Positions 36,272 through 43,718 of a stretch of DNA of 43,718 nt are shown here, one piece after another. This DNA is from Candidatus Staskawiczbacteria bacterium RIFCSPHIGHO2_01_FULL_39_25. GTDB taxonomy: Bacteria > Patescibacteriota > Minisyncoccia > Minisyncoccales > Staskawiczbacteraceae. The stretch is taken from the NCBI GenBank assembly GCA_001820095.1, contig MHOO01000003.1, positions 66,987-110,704 of the forward strand. The letters are read 5' to 3'. A program made the translations under genes and the position numbers. A model generated the notes under the pieces. That model searched no databases. It was not told the origin of the DNA and saw only the letters and a program-made list of their open reading frames with translations. How positions within the stretch are numbered: position 1 is the stretch's first letter; every line of letters starts with the position of its first letter.

Positions 36272-37132
36272 ATGAAGCCACTAAAATACTATTTTAAAAA
36301 AGCATATAAAGAAAAATTTGCGATTGGGCAGTTTAATTTCTCTACGTTTGAGCAGGTGAAAGGAATTGTGGCTGCGGCGCAGAATTTGAAAAGCCCTATT
36401 ATTTTGGGGACTTCAGAAGGGGAAAGCAAGTTTGTAGGCTTGCAAGAAGCAGTGGCGCTACGTAACGTGCTACGTAACAAAACAGGGTTGCCGATTTTTT
36501 TGAATTTAGACCACGGCAAATCTTTTGATTATTTAAAAAAGGCTATTGCGGCAGGGTATGACATGGTGCATTTTGACGGATCAAAATTGCCATTGGAAGA
36601 AAATATAAAAATAAGCAGCCAAGTGGCAAAATATGCCAAATGGCGAAGCGTGGTAGTAGAGGGGGAAGTAGGCAGGTTTGGCACGGATGCTTCCCGTTTA
36701 TATACAGAAAAATTTGAGATAAAGGAAGAAAATTTAACCAAGCCAGAAGAGGCAAAACAATACCTCCATATGGCTAACGTAGACGTTTTAGCGGTGAGCG
36801 TGGGAACATTCCATGGTTTGGATGTTAGCGGCGCCTCTCCCCATATTAGATTAGAAAAGCTGCAAGAAATTAATGCGATTGGTGTGCCATTAGTATTGCA
36901 CGGGGGATCGGGAACTCCAGAAGAAGATATAAGAAAAGCCATACAATCGGGCATTGTAAAAATCAATATTAATACAGAATCACGGGTTGCATTTTCCCAT
37001 ACGTTAAGAAAAACATTGGAAGCAAATAAAGAAGAAATAACCCCGTATAAGTATCTGCAAGATTCAGTGCAAGCAGTACAACAGGTTGTAGAGGAAAAAA
37101 TAAAGCTGTTTGGAAGCAATAATAGAATCTAG
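36272..37132 (+). CDS. fba: Class II fructose-bisphosphate aldolase
   Basis: LDHG, DGS, VEGEVG, AVSVGTFHG, LVLHGGSG, KININT. Confidence 0.95.
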   Translation: MKPLKYYFKKAYKEKFAIGQFNFSTFEQVKGIVAAAQNLKSPIILGTSEGESKFVGLQEAVALRNVLRNKTGLPIFLNLDHGKSFDYLKKAIAAGYDMVHFDGSKLPLEENIKISSQVAKYAKWRSVVVEGEVGRFGTDASRLYTEKFEIKEENLTKPEEAKQYLHMANVDVLAVSVGTFHGLDVSGASPHIRLEKLQEINAIGVPLVLHGGSGTPEEDIRKAIQSGIVKININTESRVAFSHTLRKTLEANKEEITPYKYLQDSVQAVQQVVEEKIKLFGSNNRI

Positions 37133-37244
37133 AATCTTGTATCTTGAAGATTGAATGGAATAAAGGAATAATGAATGTGAAAAACGTTCGTATTCTAAAT
37201 TCAAAATTCTATTCCAGCTACTAGATACTGAATTCAAGATTCTC
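37126..37244 (+). repeat. 7-nt periodic hairpin, type C
   Basis: AATCTAGAATCTTGTATCTTGAAG ... CTAGATACTGAATTCAAGATTC. Confidence 0.8.
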
Positions 37245-37290
37245 GTTAAGAGTATTTACAAATCCAAATAAATATATTAAGATTCTAACC

Positions 37291-37959
37291 ATGATTTCAT
37301 TACAAGCAGTCATTAGAAAAGATTTTGGCAAAAAGATAAAATCTATGAAAAACCAAGGGAAAATTCCTGCGGTGGTTTATGGCCCTGGTGTAAAAAATGC
37401 CTCGGTTGAGATTGATGAAAAAGAGTTTATAAAAATCTTCAGACAAGCTGGTGAGAGCTCTTTGATTGAATTGAAGGTTGAAAAAGATAAGCGGCCGGTA
37501 TTAGTGCATGAAATCCAAAAAGACCCGGTTTCAGATAAAATAATCCATATTGATTTTTACCAGGCTGATTTGAAAGAAGAGGTTGAGGTTGCCGTTCCTT
37601 TGGTATTTGAAGGTGTAGCTCCCGCTGAAAAAGATTTGGGCGGAACCTTAAACAAAAATATGCTAGAGGTTGAAGTGAAGGCATTGCCCCAGAACCTTCC
37701 CCATGAAATTAAAGTATTGGTGGATAGCTTGAAAACATTTGAAGATCATATTTTAGTGAAAGACTTAGTGGTTCCAAAAGACGTAACCATATTAAAAAAT
37801 CCAGATGAGATTGTAGCTTCCGTTTTGCCTCCTCAAAAAGTAGAGGAAGAATTGGCAAAGGAAATTACCGAAAATGTAGAAGACATCGAGAAAATAGAAA
37901 AACCAAAGAAGGAAGATGAAGTTGTAGAGCCCGTTAACGAGGAAAAAGCAGAAAAATAG
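37291..37959 (+). CDS. rplY: 50S ribosomal protein L25/Ctc
   Basis: IPAVVYG, IIHIDFY, LPQNLPHEI; long form. Confidence 0.95.
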   Translation: MISLQAVIRKDFGKKIKSMKNQGKIPAVVYGPGVKNASVEIDEKEFIKIFRQAGESSLIELKVEKDKRPVLVHEIQKDPVSDKIIHIDFYQADLKEEVEVAVPLVFEGVAPAEKDLGGTLNKNMLEVEVKALPQNLPHEIKVLVDSLKTFEDHILVKDLVVPKDVTILKNPDEIVASVLPPQKVEEELAKEITENVEDIEKIEKPKKEDEVVEPVNEEKAEK

Positions 37960-37991
37960 CTTTTATACCCAAATATTAATGTTATATTAAT

Positions 37992-38013
37992 AAAGCCCTT
38001 TACAGGGCTTTTT
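37992..38013 (+). terminator. Terminator after rplY
   Basis: AAAGCCCT/AGGGCTTT. Confidence 0.65.
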
Positions 38014-38067
38014 GTTTTTGGTACAAGGAAATATAGGGTATAAATTTTTAAATTCAAGCTTTAACTA

Positions 38068-39456
38068 ATGCTTTTACGGCTTAATAAATTACTCTTCCTA
38101 TCTTTCATAGTACTGCTTTTCCCTGCTTTGGTTATAGCAGAAGATTTGGCGGTTATGTGTGAGCAGATTTCGCAAACCAAAGATTCATGCCAAAATTTAA
38201 CTACGTCGCAGTGCCAGGAGATATTGCAGAAATGCGCCACGTATTATGATAACCAATCGGCGGAAATTGCCAAAGATATCACCAAAACCCAGCAGCAAAA
38301 GAATACCCTCCAGAATGCGATTTTTTCTTTGCGTAAAAAAATTACTGGCTTGGAATCCCAAATAAAACAGGGGACATTAATGGTAAAAGACCTGAATATC
38401 AAGATAAACGATACCCAGGCTTCCATAGATAAAACTTCTTTGAACATTCAAGAATCTCAGCGCCAAATTACCGCGATTTTACGGGAAATTTCCGAAGAAG
38501 ACAAAAAACCGGCGTTAGTGGTTTTACTTGAAGGAAATTTATCTGATTTTTTTAGCAATATAGCATACTTAGAAAATTTAAATGCCAGCGTAAGCAGTTT
38601 GCTAGAAAGTACTACCAACTTAAAAGCTTATTTAGAAAACCAGAAAATAAAAATAGATACGGAAAAAACCCAGGTGCAAAAAACCCTTCAAGTCCAGAGT
38701 CTGCAGAAACAGGAAAATGAACAGAATAAAAAAAAGCAGGAAAATTATCTTAAGCTTACCGAAGTCCAATATCAACAACATCAGAAAGAAAAAGCAGAGG
38801 CCGATAAAAACGCTGCTGCCATCAAGGCAAGAATTTTTGACTTAATTGGAGTTTCTAAGGCTCCTACCTTCGGAGAAGCGCTGGAAATTGCAAAATATGT
38901 ATCAGGTATTACCGGGGTTAGGCCAGCGCTTTTGTTAGCGATATTAACCCAAGAATCAAGCCTTGGAAGAAATGTGGGGCAGTGCTATGTTACTGATTTT
39001 GCCACAGGAAATGGAACGAATTTGCAGGGAACCGCAAAGCAGCGGGTCATGAGTCCAAGGACTATTCCAAGTTTTATAGAGCTTACCGGAAGCCTTGGCA
39101 TGACTTCCCAAAAAACTCCGGTTTCATGCTGGATACCTCTGTATTCAGGAGGAGTGCCGTACGGCTGGGGCGGAGCCATGGGGCCTGCTCAATTTATTGC
39201 TTCCACATGGAATCTTTATAAAGGCAAAGTATCGCAAATTGTAGGCACTATTGCTAACCCCTGGAATATACGCCATGCATTTTTGGCATCGGGGTTATTA
39301 TTGCGTGATAACGGGGCTGCCACCAGTGAATTTGTCGCTGCCGCTAAATATTACTGCGGAGGAAGCTATGGGCGGAGTGAATGCCGGGGATACGCGAATT
39401 CAGTATTGCGGTATGCTGCCCAGTATGAGGCGGATATTAAAGCTATCGGCGAGTGA
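38068..39456 (+). CDS. Exported coiled-coil lytic murein transglycosylase
   Basis: Signal peptide, long coiled coil, ILTQES catalytic Glu, GAMGPAQFIASTW. Confidence 0.88.
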   Translation: MLLRLNKLLFLSFIVLLFPALVIAEDLAVMCEQISQTKDSCQNLTTSQCQEILQKCATYYDNQSAEIAKDITKTQQQKNTLQNAIFSLRKKITGLESQIKQGTLMVKDLNIKINDTQASIDKTSLNIQESQRQITAILREISEEDKKPALVVLLEGNLSDFFSNIAYLENLNASVSSLLESTTNLKAYLENQKIKIDTEKTQVQKTLQVQSLQKQENEQNKKKQENYLKLTEVQYQQHQKEKAEADKNAAAIKARIFDLIGVSKAPTFGEALEIAKYVSGITGVRPALLLAILTQESSLGRNVGQCYVTDFATGNGTNLQGTAKQRVMSPRTIPSFIELTGSLGMTSQKTPVSCWIPLYSGGVPYGWGGAMGPAQFIASTWNLYKGKVSQIVGTIANPWNIRHAFLASGLLLRDNGAATSEFVAAAKYYCGGSYGRSECRGYANSVLRYAAQYEADIKAIGE

Positions 39457-39573
39457 GTGGGCGTTCGTTGTTAGTTTTTAAAGTACCGATAGTCAAAAAT
39501 TCCAAGGATTTTCAAAATCAGAAAATAAAATGTAGCATATATTTAAAAGCTTTTAAAAAGATGCTATTTTTCA

Positions 39574-39605
39574 GTGGTCAAATGTTAATGGTCAAATGTC
39601 AATTG
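39574..39605. repeat. Type A heptamer arm at the prfA 3' end
   Basis: GTGGTCAAATGTTAATGGTCAAATGTCAATTG. Confidence 0.7.
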
Positions 39606-40342
39606 TTTTTCAAGGCTTTCGTAAATGCCTTGAAAATGGGTTCCATTTTTCCGTCAATAATGCTTTCTAAATCGTGCCAGGATTTGCCGATGCGGTGGTC
39701 GGTAATCCTATTTTGCGGATAGTTATAGGTTCTCGTTTTTTCTGAACGCTTTGCCCAGCCTATTTGGGCCCGCCTTGCTTCGGTTAATTTTGACATATCG
39801 GACTCCTGCTGGGCTTGCAAAAGGCGCGCAGCCAAAAGCGACATGGCGTTTTCTTTATTCTGGAGCTGGCTCCGTTCAGTTTGGGAGGTTACCACTAGGC
39901 CGGAGGGCTTATGGGTGATTCTTATGGCAGATTCCGTTTTATTAACGTATTGGCCGCCGGCCCCCGAAGACCGATAGGTATCTATCCTAAGGTCTGAAGG
40001 GTTGATATTAATATCCATTTTCTGGGGTTTTTCCAGCACGGCAATGGTTACGGTTGAGGTATGCACTCGGCCCTGTTTTTCTGTTTTAGGAATCCGTTGT
40101 ACTCTATGGACTCCGCTTTCATATTGCATCAAGTCAAAAACACCAGGCCCAGTAAATTCAAAAACGATTTCTTTATACCCGCCAATATCTGATTGATTTG
40201 AATCTAAAATCCGTTGGCCCCAGTCTTGTGAGGTGGCATATTTTGAATACATTCTATATAGGTCGCGTACAAAAAGCCCGGCCTCGTCTCCACCGGTTCC
40301 AGCGCGAATTTCTATAATAGCTGATTGCTTTTCATTTTCCAT
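39599..40342 (-). CDS. prfA: Peptide chain release factor 1, N-terminally short (247 aa)
   Basis: IRAGTGGDEA, ESGVHRVQRIPKTE (PxT), GAGGQYVNKTESA, RTYNYPQNRITDHR. Confidence 0.92.
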   Translation of the reverse strand: MENEKQSAIIEIRAGTGGDEAGLFVRDLYRMYSKYATSQDWGQRILDSNQSDIGGYKEIVFEFTGPGVFDLMQYESGVHRVQRIPKTEKQGRVHTSTVTIAVLEKPQKMDININPSDLRIDTYRSSGAGGQYVNKTESAIRITHKPSGLVVTSQTERSQLQNKENAMSLLAARLLQAQQESDMSKLTEARRAQIGWAKRSEKTRTYNYPQNRITDHRIGKSWHDLESIIDGKMEPIFKAFTKALKNN

Positions 40343-40399
40343 TATGATAATATATCACAAGTTCTTGTTCTTGAAAACCCTGTTATTTGGAGAGAGTCT

Positions 40400-40657
40400 A
40401 TGCGCGCAGTTATGCTATCAAACGAACTTGTGGATTTACTTAAGCGCATCTTTGAGGGTCATCCAATCCAGCACTTGAATGGCCATTCAGAAGAATACCT
40501 TTTTTACCTTCTTGAGCACATTGAAAAGAAAGCAAAATCAATTGAGGGAGAATTGCTCCGCAAGGAGTTAGCGCATTTGGCTGACCAAATTTGGTCTCAT
40601 ATTGACAACCTCGCTAAACTGACATATCCAGACCAACCTCCTATTGAGGTAGATTAA
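40400..40657 (+). CDS. 85-aa hypothetical helical protein
   Basis: GGAGAG SD before ATG 40400; candidate promoter TTGCTT-17-TAATAT (40325-40353) overlapping the prfA start. Confidence 0.65.
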   Translation: MRAVMLSNELVDLLKRIFEGHPIQHLNGHSEEYLFYLLEHIEKKAKSIEGELLRKELAHLADQIWSHIDNLAKLTYPDQPPIEVD

Positions 40658-40787
40658 CTCTTGTCTGCGGACGCGAAACCAGACACAAGGCAGGGTGCAG
40701 AATTGTACCTTGCATTTTTTTACGCAAGGTATTGCTTTTATTTTAATCTCTTGTTAATATTACCAGTATCGTATATAATAATTTCGC

Positions 40788-41036
40788 ATGAAGACTGATA
40801 TACACCCAAAATATTTTCCAAAAGCGAGCGTGAAGTGTGCCTGCGGCAACACGTTTTTTGTTGGATCAACCAAAGAATTCATAGAAACTGAAATTTGCGC
40901 AAAATGCCATCCTTTTTATACCAAGCAAGAAAAGGTTTTGGATACCTTGGGCAGGGTGCAAAAGTTTAAGGAGAGAATGGCTAAAAAATCAGATAAGCCT
41001 AAGAAGACTAAGAAAGTAAAAGAAAGGAAAAAATAA
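40788..41036 (+). CDS. rpmE: 50S ribosomal protein L31 (Zn type)
   Basis: [28 protein letters not shown]. Confidence 0.97.
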   Translation: MKTDIHPKYFPKASVKCACGNTFFVGSTKEFIETEICAKCHPFYTKQEKVLDTLGRVQKFKERMAKKSDKPKKTKKVKERKK

Positions 41037-41045
41037 AGGGAATTT

Positions 41046-41741
41046 ATGGTAGATGATATTAAAATAAACTTAAATATAGAAGAGATGCAAAAGGCAGGCT
41101 TGAATTTTGGTCACAATGTTTCCCGCTTGCATCCAAGAATGAAGCCGTATGTGGCGGGCATTAAAAATAATGTCCACATGATAGATTTGGAAAAAACAGC
41201 CAAAGAATTTGAACGGGCGCTGAAATTTATTGCAAAATTAGCCGGCGAAGGGAAAACAATCTTATTTGTTGGCACTAAAATACAGACAAAAGAGCTCGTG
41301 AAAGCAACCGCAGAAGATTGTAAGATGCCGTATGTGGCGGAGCGGTGGCTTGGCGGAACGTTTACGAATTTTGAAACGATATCAAAAAGAGTGGCGTATT
41401 TTAAAGAGCTTGAACATAAAAAAGCAAGCGGGGCATTGGAAAAATATACTAAAAAAGAGCGCGCAAATTTTGACAAAGAAATAGAATCTCTAAGGATTAA
41501 GTTTGAGGGGATTAAAAACCTCGCCAAGATTCCTGAAGCTGTGTTAATTTTAGACATTAAAAAAGATATTACTTGCGCCAGGGAAGCAAAAAGGAAAAAA
41601 ATTACGATTATCGGGGTGACTGATACCAATATTGACCCTGCGCTGGCCGATTATGCTATACCGGCAAATGATGATGCAATATCGTCCGTTAAGTATATTT
41701 TAGAGAAAATTCAAGAAGTAATACTTAACGGAAAATCCTAA
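41046..41741 (+). CDS. rpsB: 30S ribosomal protein S2
   Basis: AGLNFGH, LFVGTK, RWLGGTFTN, DTNIDP, IPANDDA. Confidence 0.98.
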   Translation: MVDDIKINLNIEEMQKAGLNFGHNVSRLHPRMKPYVAGIKNNVHMIDLEKTAKEFERALKFIAKLAGEGKTILFVGTKIQTKELVKATAEDCKMPYVAERWLGGTFTNFETISKRVAYFKELEHKKASGALEKYTKKERANFDKEIESLRIKFEGIKNLAKIPEAVLILDIKKDITCAREAKRKKITIIGVTDTNIDPALADYAIPANDDAISSVKYILEKIQEVILNGKS

Positions 41742-41832
41742 GCACGAAGCACGAAATTCGAAACAAATTCGAATTTTCTAAATTCTAAATTTAAGTATTG
41801 TTTTCGAATTTTTATATTCGGATTTCGAATTT
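41742..41832 (+). repeat. 7-nt periodic hairpin, type B variant (CGAAATT/TTTCGAA)
   Basis: GCACGAAGCACGAAATTCGAAAC ... GTTTTCGAATTTTTATATTCGGATTTCGAATT. Confidence 0.75.
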
Positions 41833-42417
41833 ATGATTAATATTGAAGATATTAAGAAATTAAGGGAAGAAACTGGTGTCTCGCCAGTAGAAATAAAAAA
41901 AGCTTTAGCGGAAGCTAAGGGTGATGCGCAAAAAGCCAAAGAGCTTTTAAGGGTTTGGGGCAAATCAGTCGCCGGTAAAAAAACTGCGCGGGAGGCAAAA
42001 CAGGGGATTATCGATTACTACTTGCATCCTAATGCGAAAACAGGGGTGTTGCTGGATATTAGGTGTGAATCTGACTTTGTTGCTAAGTCTCCGGATTTTA
42101 AGCATTTAGCCCATGAAATCTGTTTGCAAATTGCGGCTATGAAGCCGTTATTTGTATCAGAGGAAAGTATTCCGGAAGAATTTTTAGATGGTGAAAAAAA
42201 AATCTACTTAGAACAGCTTAAGGATTCCGGAAAACCAGAAAACATTGTAGTACAAATTCTTGAGGGAAAACTGGAAAAATATAAAGAATCAATTTCTTTG
42301 TTAAACCAAGCATGGATAAAAGATGACTCAAAGACAGTAAAGAATTTAATTGAGGAAACTATTTCTAAGGTAGGGGAGAATATAGAAGTGAAAAAATTTG
42401 TAAGATACGAAATATAG
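41833..42417 (+). CDS. tsf: Elongation factor Ts (short form)
   Basis: IKKLREETG, RCESDFVA, LLNQAWIKD, GENIEVKKFVRY. Confidence 0.97.
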   Translation: MINIEDIKKLREETGVSPVEIKKALAEAKGDAQKAKELLRVWGKSVAGKKTAREAKQGIIDYYLHPNAKTGVLLDIRCESDFVAKSPDFKHLAHEICLQIAAMKPLFVSEESIPEEFLDGEKKIYLEQLKDSGKPENIVVQILEGKLEKYKESISLLNQAWIKDDSKTVKNLIEETISKVGENIEVKKFVRYEI

Positions 42418-42496
42418 TTTAACAATTAACAATTAACAATTAACAATTGACCAACGGTTGTCAAAGGTCAAATGTCAATGGTCAATTGTCGTTAAA
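42417..42496 (+). repeat. 7-nt periodic hairpin, type A
   Basis: (AACAATT)x4 GACC ... GTCAAAGGTCAAATGTCAATGGTCAATTGTC. Confidence 0.85.
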
Positions 42497-42817
42497 ATGG
42501 TTCAGCTTATTGCTTTCATTATTTTCATACTTTCTGTTGGCGGGATTTTTTTTATTTTGTATAGGAAAGTTCCGGTATTAATTCAGTTGCCCCAGAATGG
42601 GCATCATGGAATTAAAAAGCATGAGTTTATTGCAACCGTAGAGAAGAAGATAAAAGAAGTTTATTTCCACCTATTTTCAAAACAAATGCTCTTGCATAAA
42701 GTACTCTCTAAGGTAAGAATTTGGACATTAAAAATAGAACGGAAAATTGATACTCTCTTGCATGGCATTAGAAAAAAGGCCCAGGAACTAGATAAGCAAG
42801 TGAAAAAGAAAAAATAA
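42497..42817 (+). CDS. Hypothetical protein with N-terminal TM helix
   Basis: Start ATG 42497 (the 42458 start lies in the repeat). Confidence 0.75.
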   Translation: MVQLIAFIIFILSVGGIFFILYRKVPVLIQLPQNGHHGIKKHEFIATVEKKIKEVYFHLFSKQMLLHKVLSKVRIWTLKIERKIDTLLHGIRKKAQELDKQVKKKK

Positions 42818-42822
42818 GTGAT

Positions 42823-42894
42823 GCCGGTGTAGCTCAGCGGTAGAGCAACGCTTTTGTAAAGCGTGGGCCAGGTGTTCGAATCACCTCACCGGCT
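42823..42894 (+). tRNA. tRNA-Thr(UGU)
   Basis: GCCGGTG/CACCGGC, ACGCT-TT-TGT-AA-AGCGT, GTTCGAATC. Confidence 0.95.
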
Positions 42895-42912
42895 CATGAT
42901 AAGGAAAAGGTA

Positions 42913-42940
42913 TTGACAATGGTTTTATTTAGAATAGAAT
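42913..42940 (+). promoter_or_regulatory. rRNA operon promoter
   Basis: TTGACA-16-TAGAAT upstream of 16S. Confidence 0.65.
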
Positions 42941-43071
42941 AGTAAGTGCAGATAAAATTAAACAAACAACTAAGACCAATATATTTTAAAAACTAAATTA
43001 GTTTTAAAAATATCCGCGTCCCGATGTAATGCAAGCATCGTATCGGGACGCGGGTGTTTTTTTCCATAGTC

Positions 43072-43094
43072 TCGCCGAAGGTCGGCGAAGGCGG
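43072..43094. repeat. REP-like variant in the rrn leader
   Basis: TCGCCGAAGGTCGGCGAAGGCGG resembles 8030-8053. Confidence 0.6.
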
Positions 43095-43311
43095 AACCCG
43101 GCCTGCTAAATTTATATTTGGCCAGCTGAAAAAGTACCTTAATAAATACACTCATGATTGCAAAGTGCAACATATGGGCATATATTGAATCCCAATTTTG
43201 GAAAACCATCCTAAAATTGGGGAAAATATCTTGATTAAAGAATCAAGATAGGTAATTAGTTTTTTAAAGTTGTCTCGAATAAGCGTTTATTAACTGCTTT
43301 AAGTTAATAGT

Positions 43312-43718
43312 ATATTTGAGAGTTTGATCCTAGCTCAGGGTGAACGCTGGAAATGTGGATACCGGCATGCAAGTCAAGGGGCAACGCATCACTTTGCGAG
43401 TGATGCGACGGTTGACAATTAACATTTAACAATTGACGACGAGTTTTTTAAAAAGCTCAATAAAGTCAAATGTCACATGTCAAAGGTCAAATGTTGCGCA
43501 TCGCGCGCAGCGTGATGCGTTGCACCGGCGAACGGCTTAGTAACACGTAGATACATACCCAAAAGTGGGGCATAGCTCGTCGAAAGACGGGGTAATTTCC
43601 CATAGTCCTGCAAAGGTAAAGGCGCAAGCCGCTTTTGGAATGGTCTGCGGTCTATCAGCTAGTTGGTGAGGTAATGGCTCACCAAGGCTATGACGGATAG
43701 GGGGCGTGAGAGCGCGAC
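43312..43718 (+). rRNA. rrs: 16S rRNA, 5' part (start approximate, truncated by window)
   Basis: AGAGTTTGATCCTAGCTCAG, CATGCAAGTC, GGCGAACGG, TAGTTGGTGAGGTAATGGCTCACCAAGGC. Confidence 0.97.
43381..43523 (+). other. Enlarged V1/helix 6 of 16S containing a type A heptamer hairpin
   Basis: GCAACGCATCAC/GTGATGCGTTGC closing stem encloses ACAATTAACATTTAACAATTGAC ... GTCAAATGTCACATGTCAAAGGTCAAATG. Confidence 0.85.

Noticed and set aside
41833-42417. Short EF-Ts as a novelty
   Set aside because: Short EF-Ts forms are established in several phyla.
5163-42496. Heptamer arrays as CRISPR
   Set aside because: No constant repeat with unique spacers and no cas genes.
42970-43209. 79-aa minus-strand ORF
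   Set aside because: Lies antisense in the rRNA leader across a REP-like repeat; no motifs.
1-43718. Genetic code 25 (UGA=Gly) as in some CPR lineages
   Set aside because: Conserved genes translate fully in code 11 and TGA ends genes such as the Clp ATPase, ftsL-like and ppsA.

Overview
AT-rich bacterial chromosome segment, most likely Patescibacteria/CPR (Parcubacteria-like). This is inferred from housekeeping genes without Shine-Dalgarno motifs, short EF-Ts, tRNAs without encoded CCA, a tRNA-REP-GIY-YIG arrangement and a 16S rRNA with an insertion. Standard code 11 appears to be used. Core content: a soluble two-component locus, khpA-trmD, five tRNAs, rpmG, mltG, rplJ-rplL with L10 leader, a membrane-anchored Clp ATPase operon, mraZ-rsmH-ftsL-ftsI, a divergent ftsZ, galU, a lower-glycolysis/redox cluster (D-LDH-like, trxB, eno, gpmA, grx, gap, ppsA, pfkB-family, fba), rplY, a lytic transglycosylase, a short prfA, rpmE-rpsB-tsf and the 5' end of 16S rRNA. 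Most notable: (1) two adjacent tRNA genes (Tyr-GUA, Thr-GGU), each split by an ORF-less group I intron at different anticodon positions; (2) about 15 hairpins built from 7-nt periodic repeats that fill operon junctions and also sit inside 16S helix 6 and inside coding sequences; (3) a MITE-like terminal-inverted-repeat family in 5' leaders; (4) FtsZ with a ~115-aa Lys-rich N-tail and altered GTP-binding motifs; (5) a signalling module with a stand-alone HisKA peptide and a degenerate SixA-like protein; (6) RF1 lacking domain 1; (7) several orphan genes with their own consensus promoter and SD inserted between core genes. All family assignments come from motif recognition by eye; no database search was run.
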